A stretch of DNA of 64,000 nucleotides, from positions 26,970,001 through 27,034,000 of the forward strand of contig NC_043005.1 in NCBI RefSeq assembly GCF_006345805.1, written 5' to 3'. Positions 1 through 13,499 of this stretch are shown one piece after another. A program made the translations under genes and the position numbers. The notes under the pieces are model-generated. The model was not told where the DNA came from, did not search any database, and worked only from the letters and a program-made list of their open reading frames with translations. Origin of the DNA: Octopus sinensis (lineage: Eukaryota). Positions within the stretch are counted from its first letter, which is position 1. The number at the start of each line of letters is the position of its first letter.

Positions 1-35
<35 letters not shown>

Positions 36-278
36 AGGAAAGAAAGAGAGAAAAATTCATCTCGCGTACACAATTGGTACTTTATTTATCGACTCTGAGA
101 TTGAAATGCAAAGCTGATTCCGGCAGGATTCGAAATAAAAGCCCAGAGGGCTGTATCTCTGCGTGTGTGTGTGTTGTGTGCGTGTGTGTGTGTGTGTGTG
201 CGTGTACATATATATATATATGCACACACATATGTACATACATATATACATACATACATACATACATACATACATACA

Positions 279-314
<36 letters not shown>

Positions 315-320
315 TATATA
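1..320. repeat. (AAAG)n, (TG)n and (CATA)n microsatellites
   Basis: Seen directly. Confidence 0.95.
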
Positions 321-889
321 ATATTAATTAGAGACAAAACCACTATTTTGCAAATCAAACAAAGAAAGACTTAATCCAATACATAAAAAATTTAATATAA
401 ATTAAATAAAATTAAATTCGCCACTACAATTGTTCAAGGGAAATTATGGAAGAAATGAGTGAGATGGTATTTATGATGGAATCACACACAAGTTGGAATG
501 AGAGAACAGTAAATTAATATAAAGATCCACACGGCGTATGTCTGTCTGTCTGTCTTTCTGTCTGTCTGTGTTTGTCGTGACTAAAATCTAATGGTTGGCA
601 TTTTTACCAATGGCGTCATCACTACAGGTACCACGTGATAGCTTCTCTTTTCATTCACAAACGTAATAATAATAATTTATTACTATCATTGTAGATGCAT
701 GTGCGCATGCACAAACACACACACACACACACACATACATAACTGCGTGTGCCTTGGTGTGTGTATGTATATATACACGTCGTACATACACAAATACATT
801 CAGCTGGTGCTGTATTACAACTCAGGTTTCTGATGTAATGATTAGATTTAACCAATCAGCTTGTTTCTTTGGTAAATAACTTTTGGCTG

Positions 890-1059
890 GTGTTGTTGTT
901 GTTGTTGTTGTTGTCCTTGTTATTGTTGTTGTTGTTGTCGTCGTCGTCGTTGTTGTTGTTGTTTTACAAAGGTATGACGTCATTCCAATGACAATGCTCG
1001 TACAGCTACTATTAAGAACGGTGGCGGAGAGGTTATCGCAATGATAATGATGATGATGA

Positions 1060-1116
<57 letters not shown>

Positions 1117-1183
1117 CAGCAGCAGCAGCAGCAGCAGTACTAGTAGTAGTAGTAGCAACAGCAGCAGTACTAGTAGTAGTAGT

Positions 1184-1253
<70 letters not shown>

Positions 1254-1560
1254 AATATGATGTGATAAATAGAGAGGAGGAGGAAGGGAGCGGGAGAAAT
1301 TGAGAGCTAAAGTGATAGAGAGGAGAGAAAGGGACGAGAGAGAGAGAAAGAGATTCTATAGAGGAGAGAGGAAGAGAGAGATGGTATAGTGAAGAGAGGG
1401 AGGAAGAAAGAAACTGTAAAGAGGAAAGACAGAGGAAGGGAGAGATGGCGTAAAAGGAGAGAGGGAAAAGAAAGGAATAGTGTCGGTGGGGAGAGAGAGA
1501 GAGAGAGGGAGAGGGGAAACAGAGATGATGTATAGAAGTGAGAAAGAGAGAAAACGAGCA
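890..1560. repeat. (GTT)n, compound (AGT)n/(AGC)n trinucleotide tract and GA-rich purine tract
   Basis: Seen directly at 890-963, 1041-1253 and 1270-1560. Confidence 0.95.
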
Positions 1561-1864
1561 GAGACAACGAGACTGACGCTACATTAACAAAACAGCTAGT
1601 GTTTAAACAACAACAACAACAACAATCCTTTCTATTATAGACATAGGGTCTGAAATTTTGGGGTGGAGATTAGTCAATTATATCGACCCCAGTGCGCAAC
1701 TGGTACTAACTTTATCGACCCTTCAAAGAACTTAATTGAATGGATTCACGATGAAGCTGTACTTAACAAAGTTAAATTTCGGATATTCCCTTAAATTTAG
1801 ATGCGAATGAATTTTGCCCTTGCCGAAATATATATAAAATGAGTATTTAGAAAAAAAACAAAAC

Positions 1865-2064
1865 AAAAGACGATGACGGGTGTGTAAACAGCAAACAGAT
1901 GTATTAGTTTAACGCTCGAGAAGTGAGAATGTCTTTTACGTTTCGAGCCTACGCTCTTCGATAGAAAGGAACACAGAAATAAACAGGGAGAGAAAATAGA
2001 AAAAGGTTTAGTGGCTCGCTATCTATTATGGCGAATGCCGGACAGAGTGGTCACACAGAGAGCT

Positions 2065-2065
<1 letters not shown>
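1865..2065 (-). mobile_element. Penelope-like family 2 fragment with hammerhead-like motif, abutting (TA)n
   Basis: Minus strand reads cttt-CTATCGA-a-GAGC-gtag-GCTC-GAAA-cg-ta-aaag at 1933-1968. A second copy (+) at about 39655-39756 plus 40134-40195 is split by the family 3 element. Confidence 0.6.
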
Positions 2066-2066
<1 letters not shown>

Positions 2067-2113
<47 letters not shown>

Positions 2114-2136
2114 ATATTATATATATATATATATAG

Positions 2137-2194
<58 letters not shown>
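2067..2194. repeat. (TA)n microsatellite
   Basis: Seen directly. Confidence 0.95.
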
Positions 2195-2199
<5 letters not shown>

Positions 2200-2924
2200 A
2201 ATCACCCATCAGTATTCTTGGAAATTTAATTGTGTAATTCAGAATTTAAATTTATCATATTATCCTCATTAGTTTGGGTTGAGCCTACATTCATTAGCGC
2301 TTCTCATCATTTAATGTGTCTCTTCTCCCTGATGCTTTTACAGCTATATATATAAAATACAGCCTACTTTAATGTTTGCTAGATTTAAAATAAACAAAGG
2401 AATGTTTGTGGTATAATCCAGTTTGCAGTTTAAACGTATATGCTAATATTGCCAGAGACTTCTTAAATGTAATCGGTTTTCAATTACCAATGAACCGGAA
2501 TTGGGAAAAGAGACAAGGATGATGGAATTACGTAGTTTAACGTCAAATGGTTAATCTCAACAAATAATTGATATGTGTCTCACATGGTAAGGCAGCGTTT
2601 ACCAAAATTTACATCGAAACTTTTCAAAGCAAAAACTTATTCCTTTTGTTTCAAGGTCTAAATAAATTGAGACATAGGGGTAATGTAGACATGCCTCGAA
2701 ATAATTATTTTTCAGCTATATATCTCCGACTAGATAATCCCAAGGACATTACGAAACTGTAGAACAATACAGGTCTTATGAAAACCGTTTTTAAAGTTTC
2801 CTTATTTTCAGCACGCATAAAATTTTCAAGCATTTCCCTCGCTCTGTTAGACTTTTACACACGCGCAATTATCAGTTCTTTTGTGTTTTTATATTCTGCT
2901 TTGCCTTATCTTTTTCTTTCTTTT

Positions 2925-3408
<484 letters not shown>

Positions 3409-3794
3409 CTTCTGCTCACACTATAAATCCTTTCTCTCTTTTCCTATACGATCTCTTGGCGTGCCTTGCTCAAAGTGCCATAGGCTGTACTTTATAGCAT
3501 GAACTGCAGTTTGGCAGACTGCACATACGACTTTTTCCTTCCTCCTTATCCTTTTATGTTCTTGCATGTTTGTATGTTCTTGTGGTAGTGCTATGTCATT
3601 GGAGTACCGGACCTGTTTTGTCCTGGGTATGGCTTTAAAATGCATTCAGTAGCGAGGCCCTGGTTCGGAACCTCCAAAGTTTTGAATGGTGTGGAATTAC
3701 CTCTTCACCATTATTGGGCCCGAATCTACTCTGACCCGGGATGGCTGCTCGTGTCGGTGTCCCAACTGTGGGTTGATTAAAATGTCTAGGAATT

Positions 3795-4008
3795 AAGGTA
3801 GCGATATGGCAGAAACGTTAGCACGCCGGACGAAGTGCTTAGAGATATTTCGCCCGTCGCTGCGATTTGAGTTCAAATTCCGCCGAGGTCGACTTTGCCT
3901 TTCATCCTTTCTAGGTTGATAAATTAAGTACCAGTTGCATACTGGGGCCGATCAAATCGACTGTCCCCCCCCCCAAATTTCAGGCCTTGTGCCTATAGCA
4001 GAAAGGAT
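3795..4008 (+). mobile_element. Nin/Deu-domain SINE (family C), representative copy
   Basis: gagttcaaattcc B box followed by gcctttcatcctt...gataaattaagtacc. More than 20 copies in the window, e.g. 4548-4772, 13778-13995, 19236-19447, 29027-29246, 34053-34280, 42820-43285, 47703-47868 and 61730-62180. Confidence 0.8.
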
Positions 4009-5184
4009 GTCAGGGAATTACCTTTGGGAGGAGGTCATTCACAGACACTCCAACGGACCCAGAGCAGATAAGGCCATTCAGTACTTTATCTACTCTCCTA
4101 AGAGAAGGTAACTCCATACAATTCCTGCATTTTGATCAATACTTGGCTCGTGTCACTTGTTGCACCAAACTAATGCAAATTGGAAGCACAAGAGAATAGG
4201 ATTGGCTCTGCACAAACCATACCCGTTACAGTGATATTCGTTGTACAGGTTGTTCTGCAAACAAAGCCACCAGCACCAACACCACAAGGTGGTGATGGGG
4301 AAGCGGGGGTAACGGGGACTGGTAGAGAACGCTATTGGATGTCTTCAGATTCGGTCCTCCACACAAGCGATCAAAGGATGATAATCATTATTAAGCTGTG
4401 CTTTGCTGAATCCTCTCTCGTCAAAATAACGAGCGAGTCCGCTAGAGCCTATTAACTTTAGATCTACAACATTCTGGATTCACTTCTACAATGCCATTTG
4501 CTGATTCTACAACAGGCCTCCATCCTCTTCCTTTAACCATAATAATTATTTCTACTCTAGGCACAAGGCCTTGAAAGTATTTTGGGGGAAAGCGATCTAG
4601 ACGATTACATCGACCCCAATGCGTAACTGGTACTTATTTGATCGACACCGAAAAAAAAAATGAAAGGCAAAGTCGACCTTGGTGGTATTGAACTCAAAGC
4701 ATAGCAATGGATGAATTACCATTAAGCATTTCGCCCAACAGGCTAACGATTCTGCCAGCTCGCAACCTTGCTTTAAGCGTAATGCTGTCTTGAAGAGGTT
4801 AAAAAGAAAAACAAGAATGTGGTTATTGCTGTAGTTGTTGTTGTTCTTCTTCTTCCAGTCAGGACTCTCGCCATTATCCACAAAGAATAATCTCTAATTC
4901 GAGCCTACTCTAAGCTACTAAGAATGCGTGTGTCAACTTGAAGATCCACCCACCACACTCGATAGATTAGCGGTTGCTACGTTGTTATTCTCATTCCGTA
5001 AACGGTGGCTTTTAACGGGTGGAGAGCTGAACCATCCTGGGGTACAGAGGATTCGCAATCTAGACTAGGGTTTGAAAGTTTACCACACCATAGAGGGTTA
5101 CACCATGGTTCCTCTGCTTTGGGCAGAAGTAGGAATAAAGAGTGAGAGAAAGTTGTGGTAAAAAGAGTACATTATTAAGAGTAG

Positions 5185-5568
5185 TGGAGGCGCAATGGCC
5201 CAGTGGTTAGGGCAGCGGACTCGCGGTCGTAGGATCACCGTTTTGATTCCCAGACCGGGCGTTTTTAAGTGTTTATTGAGCGTAAACACCTAAAGCTCCA
5301 CGAGGCTCCGGCAGGGGGTTGTGGCTAACACTGCTGTACGCTTTCACCACAACTTTCTCTCACTCTTTCTTCCTGTTTCTGTTGTACCTGTATTTCAAAG
5401 AAGCTAGCCTTGTCACATTCTGTGTCACGCTGAATCTCCCCGAGAACTACGTTAAGAGTACACGTGTCTGTGGAGTGCTCAGCCACTTGTACGTTAATTT
5501 CACGAGCAGTCTGTTCCATTGATCGGATCAACTAGAACCCTCATCGTCGTAACCGACGGAATGCCACG
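5185..5568 (+). mobile_element. tRNA-derived SINE (family B)
   Basis: A/B-box head tggcccagtggttagg...gattccc. Further copies at 6642-6965(+), 15115-15497(-) and about 34840-35016(-). Confidence 0.85.
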
Positions 5569-6147
5569 ATTAAGGGTGACAGATTAATTGAATCGTTCGA
5601 GTAATATCTAATTAAGGCAACTAATATTCTGAGTTCAAATCCCGCCAAGATCAACTTTGCCTTTTATTCCTACGGAATCTATAAAGCGAAGGGCCAATCG
5701 AGTACTGGGATTAGTATAGACAGACAGACAGACAGACAGACAGACGGACGGACGGACGGACAGACAGACAGAGGTGTGTATATCTTTGTGTTTGTCCTCC
5801 ACCATTACTTGACAATCGGTATTTGCTTGTTTACATCCCCCTTAATATATCGGTTCGGCAAAATAGACCGATATAATAAGTTACTAAGGTCGCTTTGCTA
5901 GACTAAACCCTTCAACGTGGTGCCCCAGGATGGCCGCAATCCCATGACTGAAACAAGTAACAGACAGCAACATTCACAAATCGATAAAAGGATTCAGGTG
6001 TTATATAATATAGGTTATGGCACTTTTCGGGGTTTCCGCCATTTGGAGCATCCACTCCGGCTCTTTACATTGTGAGTTCAAATTCAGCTGAGGTCATCTT
6101 TGCCTTCCATCTTTCAAGGGTCAATAAAATAAAGTACCAACCAAGTA

Positions 6148-6534
6148 TAGTAAAACCTCGCAGTACGAGTGCTCCATTATACGAGCAATTTGCTGTACGA
6201 GCCGAGACTCGTGTACATTTTTGTCTTGAAGTACGAGCGGAAATCCACAGTACGAGTACAGAAATCGTTCCATCTTTAAGGTAATTCAGTTAATAAAACC
6301 AGTTTACATATTTCTTTTGCATTCCCGTTTTTTTATGATTGTCATTTTTCATGTAACTACACCTTCTCGGTTTTAAAACCTGTAAAAATTTATTTTGGGG
6401 TGGTTTTGTGCGGCTGGAACGAATTAATTATGTTTTAGTTAATTTCAATGGAGAAAACTGATTTGAAAAACGAGTAAATCGTAAGACGAGCTCGGTCATG
6501 GAACGAATCAAACTCGTACTGTGAGGTATCACTG
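6148..6534. mobile_element. pogo/Tigger-type MITE
   Basis: TA at both sides, imperfect TIRs of about 23 bp (tagtaaaacctcgcagtacgagt / actcgtactgtgaggtatcactg), and internal tacgag subrepeats. It follows directly on a Nin-type SINE fragment. Confidence 0.8.
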
Positions 6535-7386
6535 TATGATTATCGGAGACGTTGTGTCTGTGTTAGAAAGCATTGGGAGACGGAGTGGTGGATTGGCAAA
6601 AGGTACCTTGAAACCAAAAACAAGTGGATTCTAGTAAAGGAGAAGGCGCGTGGCTCAATGGTTAGGGCATTCGGCTCGCGATCGTAAGGTCGTTAGTTCA
6701 ATTCCCGGCGACGCGCTGTGTCCTTGAGCAAGATACTTTATTTTCACTTTGCTCCAGTCCACCCAGCTGGCAAAAATGAGTTGTATCTGTATTTCAAAGA
6801 GCCGACTTTGTCACATTCTGTGCCATGCTGAACCTCTTTGAGAACTACGTTAGGGGTACACGTGTCTGTGGCTTACTCAGCTACTTGCTAGTTAACTTCA
6901 CGAGAAGACTGTTTCGTTAATCGGATCAACTGGAACCCTCGTCGTCGCAGCTGACGGAGTGCCTGCTAGGGGTACTCCGGGTGACGGATTAAATCTACCA
7001 GCCAAGTAGGTCATGGCTGGATTTGAACACAAAACGAAAAGAACCAGAACATTTACTACCAAGGTATCTCATCTCGTCCGACGTTCTACCAATCCTGCCA
7101 GTTCAGCACCCTTAAAACTGGTACTTTATATTTACCGACCCAGGAAGGATGAAAAGAGAAGTTAACCTCGGCGGGATTTGAACGCAGACTCAAGCAGCTG
7201 GAGGGAAAATAACCCACATGGCACTTCGTCCGACATTCCAACCTTTCGGCCAACTCGCGTCGATATTTCCTTAATTAGCTGAAGCCATCGTGAGGTTCTG
7301 GTCATACTGTAGCAATTTGTCCACTCTTGTTCGGTGTTTCCTTTCCGTTTCTCAATATTTGTTGTGTTGTATGTGCGTCATAATGC

Positions 7387-7387
<1 letters not shown>

Positions 7388-7424
<37 letters not shown>

Positions 7425-7430
7425 TTTGTA

Positions 7431-7468
<38 letters not shown>

Positions 7469-7500
7469 TGTGTGAGTGTGTGTGTTTGCGCGCGTGCGCG
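7388..7500. repeat. (TG)n microsatellite
   Basis: Seen directly. Confidence 0.95.
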
Positions 7501-8994
7501 AGTGAAAGTGACAGACAGGCAGGCAGACAGGCGGATTGTAAAATTGAATTTCTGATGTTTCTCCACATTAACCAGCTAAAGATGGATTGTTTGGAGCCAT
7601 GAGAGATACACATCTACGATAAATAGAGTCTGACATCTTTTTCAGGCACCATTATTGATTTCCAGATTTCATTGACTTCATAACAAAACAACATTGCTAT
7701 TTTATGATAAGGTGGTATGATAAGATAAGGTTTTATAACAGAAACCACCTTTAAGCTCCAACTTCTCTAAGGTATATAGTAAACAGCTGTGGTATTGAAA
7801 AGATTATGTTGTTATAACTTAAAATTTTCTACAGCAGATACCAACTTTAAGTCCCAAGTTTGCTAAGCTACAGAGTTGCAGACAGCTTGTGTGTGGAAGT
7901 GCTGTCAATCGAAAGCTCCACATTCCGGACGTCAGCGCGTTATGTTCTTGGATACAATTTTCATCTCGATTTGAATACCTTCGATCACAGGTCTGCGAGA
8001 TAATGATGGGTTAGGACTAAACAATAAAAAACAACGTGAAATAAAGTGTCTTGCTCAAGGACCCAAAGCACTACTTGATCCCAGAATTGAACTCTCGACG
8101 TAAACGGTCGTGAGCCCAGCATGCTAACCCCTAGACCAAATGCCTTCATATAATCCAGATACATAGGATAATGTAATCCATGGTATACGAAAAGACAATC
8201 ATGGTTGAAACATCTTGAATCATAGGTTGCTTGGATCACGAATCACTTGGGGTGGAACGACAAACTGCAAAGGACATTTGAGTCTATCAAATAAAAAATC
8301 GATTATACATGTCACAATAAATGCTAGGAGATTATACGAAAAAGAGCTCCTATGACATTCATGTTTTCCTTGTGGATATCAAGCTCAGTAAAGGAAGCGA
8401 AAATATTTTCAAAGGAAATTAATAGAAGTTTGCAGATATGTAAAAACAAGAAGAAAAAAAAAGAAAATTTCTAAGGGAAATAACTAGCTATGACTTAATT
8501 CAAAGGGAGATAATTCCAAATTTTCGTCACGTTAATTGCAACATCGAGCCCATTTGCCGTTTCACCAGTAATAGCTTGTGCTCTGAAAAGTCATTTGATA
8601 TTCTAAGTGCAATACCTTTTTCGTTTCATTAACGGTGTTGGATGCTGTAGTAAATAAATGCTAGCGGTGGAGAAGGAGTCATGAATAAGTGGGGTATGCT
8701 TATGTTCTCTTGCTCTTCAAAAAAAAAAAAAAACGGATTATAATAGTCACACAGCAGAAAGCTTTCCAGGCCCCTGTCACAGAATCTGTTACTTTTCGTG
8801 TTTCACTTGTCCCCACAACTTTCTATAACGTACCCACAAATGTTATTTATAAATTTTTATTTATTTATTTACTTTTTTTCATACACCTCTGACAGAATAG
8901 AAATTATTCCACTGACTGAATAAAGGAATTCTCTCCCTTACATCAGGCACAATCTTTTTTTCTATGTATACCCGGGCCTATTCACCATTTTTTT

Positions 8995-9900
8995 TTTAAG
9001 AGGTGCTAGCCACAAGACGCACACCAGGCATTCCATTCATTCCCCAGCAGAAATAGGCGAGCCCCGTCCTCTGCTCGGATCAAGGCATGAAAAGCAATTC
9101 CCGATATCAGCAGCGGGGCCCGATAGCATTTGCTGGTTTACCCCCACCGCATCATGCTTGTTCCGTACCCCTTTGAGCAGCATTAAATTCACTCATCCGT
9201 CCACAAACACTCTCCAAGCTTTCCTATCATTTATAAACTCTCTTGCTTCTCTCACTCCAACACCTCTAACCACCAAAGCTTTCTTCACTCCATCCATCCG
9301 CACAAACTGAGGTCTGCCTCTGGTTTCTGCTGCCTACCATTTCTGCCTTCATCACCATCCTTACGATCCGCTCCTCATCCATCCTCTCCATGTGGCCAAA
9401 CCACCTCAACATTTGTCTTTCTATTTTGGTAGTTAGTTTTTCTCTCATTCCTGCCAGCCTTCACACCTCCTCATCCTGTCCACCTGTGTCACACCAACCA
9501 TAGCCCTCAAAATATCTCATCTCAAACACATCTAGGCACCACATTTTCGCCTCTGTCAGCCCCCACGTCTCTGCACCACATAAGATTGTCGGTATAATCA
9601 CGCCCTCATACACATTTCTTTTCGCTTTCATACTCAACCTTTTATCTCTCAGCATACATTTCACAACTCCAAGTCTCTTACTCCCCTCCTTCCCACTTAT
9701 CCTACTTTCTCAGCTACCCACAACCCCCTTATCCGCTGTCACATGTGATCCCAGATACTTAAAAACACTCACCTCTAACATCTCACTATTTATACTCACA
9801 TTAATCCTACCTTCCATTCCATTTCTCTAACATTTCATACACCTTATGCTTAGCTACATTCAATTTCAGTTTTCTCCTCTCACACACTCTTCCAAACTCT
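8995..9900 (-). mobile_element. 5'-truncated RTE-clade LINE (RT C-terminal region and 3'UTR)
   Basis: Decayed frames EFGRVCERRKLKLNV, LSMKAKRNVYEGVIIPTILCGAETW and LRWFGHMERMDEERIV are typical of RTE ORFs. Confidence 0.88.
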
Positions 9901-9974
9901 ACTCGGTTGTGTCACCCTTTTTACCCTCTGGCACTTTATGTACCATTTATTTTATCTTTATTGTAAGGGCTGTG

Positions 9975-10760
9975 TGATGTGGTACTAAAGAGCCAGTCTC
10001 GTCACCTCACATCGCACGGTCCTTACAAAATGGTGACCTGACTTAGAACATGCATTGTTTCCGTAGTTCAGTGCCAGTTTTCATTTTACTTTAATGACCT
10101 ACGTTCTTTCTAATCTCATCTCTTCGCTACAAATATATTTTCCTTTTATCGTCTATTTTGTCTCCGACAATGACTGGTAAGGGGCTATATGTAGTGTAGG
10201 CTTTATATATGCGTACATTCGGACGTAGCAGGTAATAGCTAACACTTGGCCGCTGTTTGTATCCTGTTATGTCCACTACTCTGATTGGTTGGTATTGGCG
10301 CGATCTGTTTCCTACTTTGTTGTGCCAACATACCGCGGATAGCTAGTCAGAGACTTTAGATAGCATCCCTTGAACAACCTTTTTCGAGTCTACTGCTCCC
10401 TATAAAAGCCCAGCATTTTTCTCATACGTCGTTAGTTTCAGACCTTTTAAGGTCTAGACACTGACCACACAAGACACAGCCAGTTCCAGCGACAACACAA
10501 CAGTAGCCATTTTGAGACTCACCAACTTCGTCCAACAGCATTCGGCGACTTCCGTCTCTGTCGCCACCATCGTCTTAACGTCAACATCTCAGCGTACACC
10601 TCCTGCGTTTTTTTCTTCTTTTCTTACATTTTTCAAAGGTCCCACCACCACCAGCACCATCCCCTCTTGCTACAATTCAACCAAATTAAATAAACGACAA
10701 AATACTGCAGCTGACATGTCTGTCATCATTAAGAGACTAACTTGCACATAAACCCTTTGA
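9975..10760 (+). mobile_element. LTR-like sequence (U3/R-like part)
   Basis: ATTGG (reverse CCAAT) near 10284, TATAAAAG at 10401, and an Inr-like ttagtt about 30 nt later. 10436-10600 is a diverged direct repeat of 12664-12815. Boundaries are approximate. Confidence 0.5.
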
Positions 10761-11122
10761 TTAATATAATAATAAGGGAAACCAAAACAACACTTTGACA
10801 CACTACGGTTGACGAAAGGAAGAGAGACGAAGTCAACCAGATCCAAGGAACAGAGGTCATTTTAGTATTGGTATAAAGAGCAGAGGAGACACAGCTGTCT
10901 TTGGCTCAACGGTGAAGTGCATTGGCGAGCGATTTTATGCCGATGAGACAGTCTCACTTTTTTCTGCACAGTATTGAAGTTCGTAAGTGTTATATTTGTT
11001 GTTTCGTTTGTTGTTAAACAAAGTGTTTAAAAAACACGAAACAATTTTAACTTGTTCTCCTGCTTTACGGCAGTCTGTTATCGCTTTCCCCTTTCGAAGA
11101 AGGGGGTTGGCCCCAAGTATTA

Positions 11123-11979
11123 ATGATGGAATATGAAAGCCTCACCTCCTCGGAGCTTACGTCTTCTGAGGAGGAGCTGTTAAGGTCTGTTGAAATAATG
11201 GACGAATAGTTGAAGAGAAGGAATTTTGCGACTGTCACCAGTGAGCTCGATCTGGCGGAGCTGGATAAATATAAGAACATGCTGTGTAGGGAGGGACGCG
11301 AAGTAAAAGTGTTCCGTCCCCAAGAAATTATGAAAGACACTAAGGAGAAAATGATATTACAACAAACATACTCCACGGAAACAAAGAAGACTGAGATAAT
11401 GACAACTACACAAGTTAAAAGGGCTTTGAAACCAATCTGGCAAGATATCTCGTACCTTGCCAGAGGAAGGAAGTACAGAACGGTGAAGGTGAGTTTCCGA
11501 GAGGTAGCTGTTGCCGGTTACACTCGGCAACCCCTTTAAAAACCGAAGAAGTGGTACTTCTACCCATATACCTTGGAAGACGTGCTTCCAGGGTTAGGGT
11601 AGAAGATATACCACCAGAAATTGACGTAGCCTGGCTAGTAGCTGCCATACTGCTAGGCAATGAAAAGAAGATAGTGGTCCTCCAGGCCACAAGAACAGCT
11701 CATAAAAATTGGCAAGGGCAGACCCTGGATATGATTATCCAGGGGTCCCCGGAAGATATCGAATATTTAATAGAAGCCATCGCTACAGAGGACGTAATAA
11801 TCAGGGTCAGAGTGGAGGGCAGGACTCCGCGTTGCTACAAGTGTGGCCTAAAAAGCCATATTAGAGCGGACTGTCCTTCGCCACCCCAAAAACCCCAAGA
11901 AAGGCTCGTGAGCAGGGAGGAAGCCGCACCACCAGCTCCAACAAAAGAAATGGAAGAAGAAGCAAACAAAGAAGAATGA
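11123..11979 (+). pseudogene. L1/Tx1-type ORF1 (ZCCHC3-like, CCHC zinc knuckle), within an element spanning about 10860-12655
   Basis: ATG at 11123, one in-frame TAG at 11207, and one frameshift near 11520-11550. Contains RVRVEDIPPEI and VEGRTPRCYKCGLKSHIRADC (CX2CX4HX4C). No EN or RT ORF is visible before the hairpin+AATAAAG tail at 12617-12654. Confidence 0.75.
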
Positions 11980-12662
11980 ATGGGAAACAGTTGGAATGAG
12001 AAATAGAAAAAGAGGAAAAGATACATAATGTGGATATAGACACCCACCCCACGCCCACCCAATACCCACTTTGCCCCATCCTCCCCCTACAGACGCCAAA
12101 CCTCCTCACTCCTTTCCGACACAAAGAAAAACGCACACACACACAAGAACCCCAAAGCTACCCCCCCCCCGGCCTGTGAAAAATGTAAATTCGTAGTAAC
12201 ATACGACGTAACAAATGCAAAACTCTGAAACGTAATAGCATCTTGGGAAGACGTAATAACAGTGAATACGGCAACTTCTAGTGGGACATCATGGCGATAT
12301 AATTGCGTGCTGGTAACCGAGGAGCAAATGTCAAAAATAATTGAATACAAAGAGACTTTGAATACTGGGAGAAAACCATGGACACCAGTCAGTTACCAAG
12401 TTATATAGACTATCTTAAGCTCCGAAATATTTACAATATTTTTAATTTACAGAAAGACAGTACAACCTTATTTCGATCCCGTTCTAATAGAATAAATGAA
12501 GTCGCTCGGAGGTGGAGGTCGAAAAGCTTCATTTCATTTTTTTTTTTTTTCATTTTTCATTTACATCTCATCTTTCTGTCATTTGTTTTTCGTTTTTGTC
12601 CCCACATGTTTTGTATTGTCCCCTCTGTGTTGGCCTCTGAGAGGCAATAAAGAATCACTTTG

Positions 12663-13359
12663 GTTTCAGATCTTTTAAGGTCTAGCCACTGACCACACAA
12701 GACACAGCCAGTTCCACTGACAACTCCAGACGACAACACCCATCCAACAGCATTACGGCAACCTCTGTCTTCCTCACCACCATCATCATCAGCAACATCA
12801 TCTCTACGTACACAGCTCAACAAGCAACTCGCCCAGGTTTCAATACTGCACTGTTCGTGAATTACTTCACCATGGATCAACAGCGAATATATAACCTACG
12901 AGAACTCCTGTACCAAGTGACCCAGGCAGCAGCATTACAGCCACTACTTCGCACGACATGTACCGCAACTGCCTCAGCATTGTGGCCGCAACTTCTTGCT
13001 ATAGTATTTCAACAACCGTGTACAATTGACTACGAACTGGTATTTCTCATTTCTTGTGTCTATGAACATTCGTCTAACTTCTCATTATAGGTTCCTTCAC
13101 TGTCTCCTTCCTTGCTATTCTTATATGTACTTAACGCACACGCATACCTATACACATACACTTTGTTCTCATGATTGCCTGTCTATTATTCTGTATACAT
13201 GACGCGCACACAGGCACACGTGATAACGTATCAATAAATCTTCTCTTAAACATTCTATCCGGTTGTGTCTCTCTCTTTTCCCTTTGCTACATATATGTAT
13301 TATTCCAGCTTTCTGAACAGAGTCGTTATTAAATGGTTTCACCGCATGAGACCACGACA
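12663..13359 (+). mobile_element. LTR-like sequence (R/U5-like part)
   Basis: Begins with the repeat of 10436 onward, has AATAAA near 13233, and ends ...accacgaca (loosely inverted to tgatgtggt at 9975). 13250-13300 resembles 9893-9940. Confidence 0.5.
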
Positions 13360-13499
13360 ATCTAAAATACTTTTTTGAAATTGGTTTATTGAAACATACA
13401 TTGTAAAAACTTTATCAAAAATTAAAGATTGTAACGAAAAGTAAAAAAATAAAAAGATACTATTGTTTTTGCAACGATAATATTTCATGCTGAATCAAC

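Noticed and set aside
57-374. Overlapping ORFs rich in YIYI, CVCV and HTHT (also 3060-3419, 7290-7613, 22492-22896, 39125-39503, 54331-54679)
   Set aside because: They are translations of dinucleotide and tetranucleotide microsatellites, which lack stop codons by construction.
1041-1265. Poly-Val/Ala ORF resembling a membrane or repeat protein
   Set aside because: A pure (AGT)n/(AGC)n microsatellite with no splice or coding context.
2195-2345. TA-flanked segment with a CTAATGAG...TGAA motif on the minus strand as another hammerhead
   Set aside because: The stems and GAAA cannot be assigned convincingly from one degenerate copy.
5185-5260. tRNA-like sequences with A and B boxes (also near 6645, 15430 and 34950)
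   Set aside because: They are heads of multicopy SINEs that continue into SINE body sequence, with no proper acceptor stem.
10869-10888. tggtataaagagcagagga as a tRNA-iMet primer binding site
   Set aside because: The match needs a 6-nt insertion and is not preceded by a CA LTR end. It reads better as a TATA-like element, and the downstream ORF is LINE ORF1-like.
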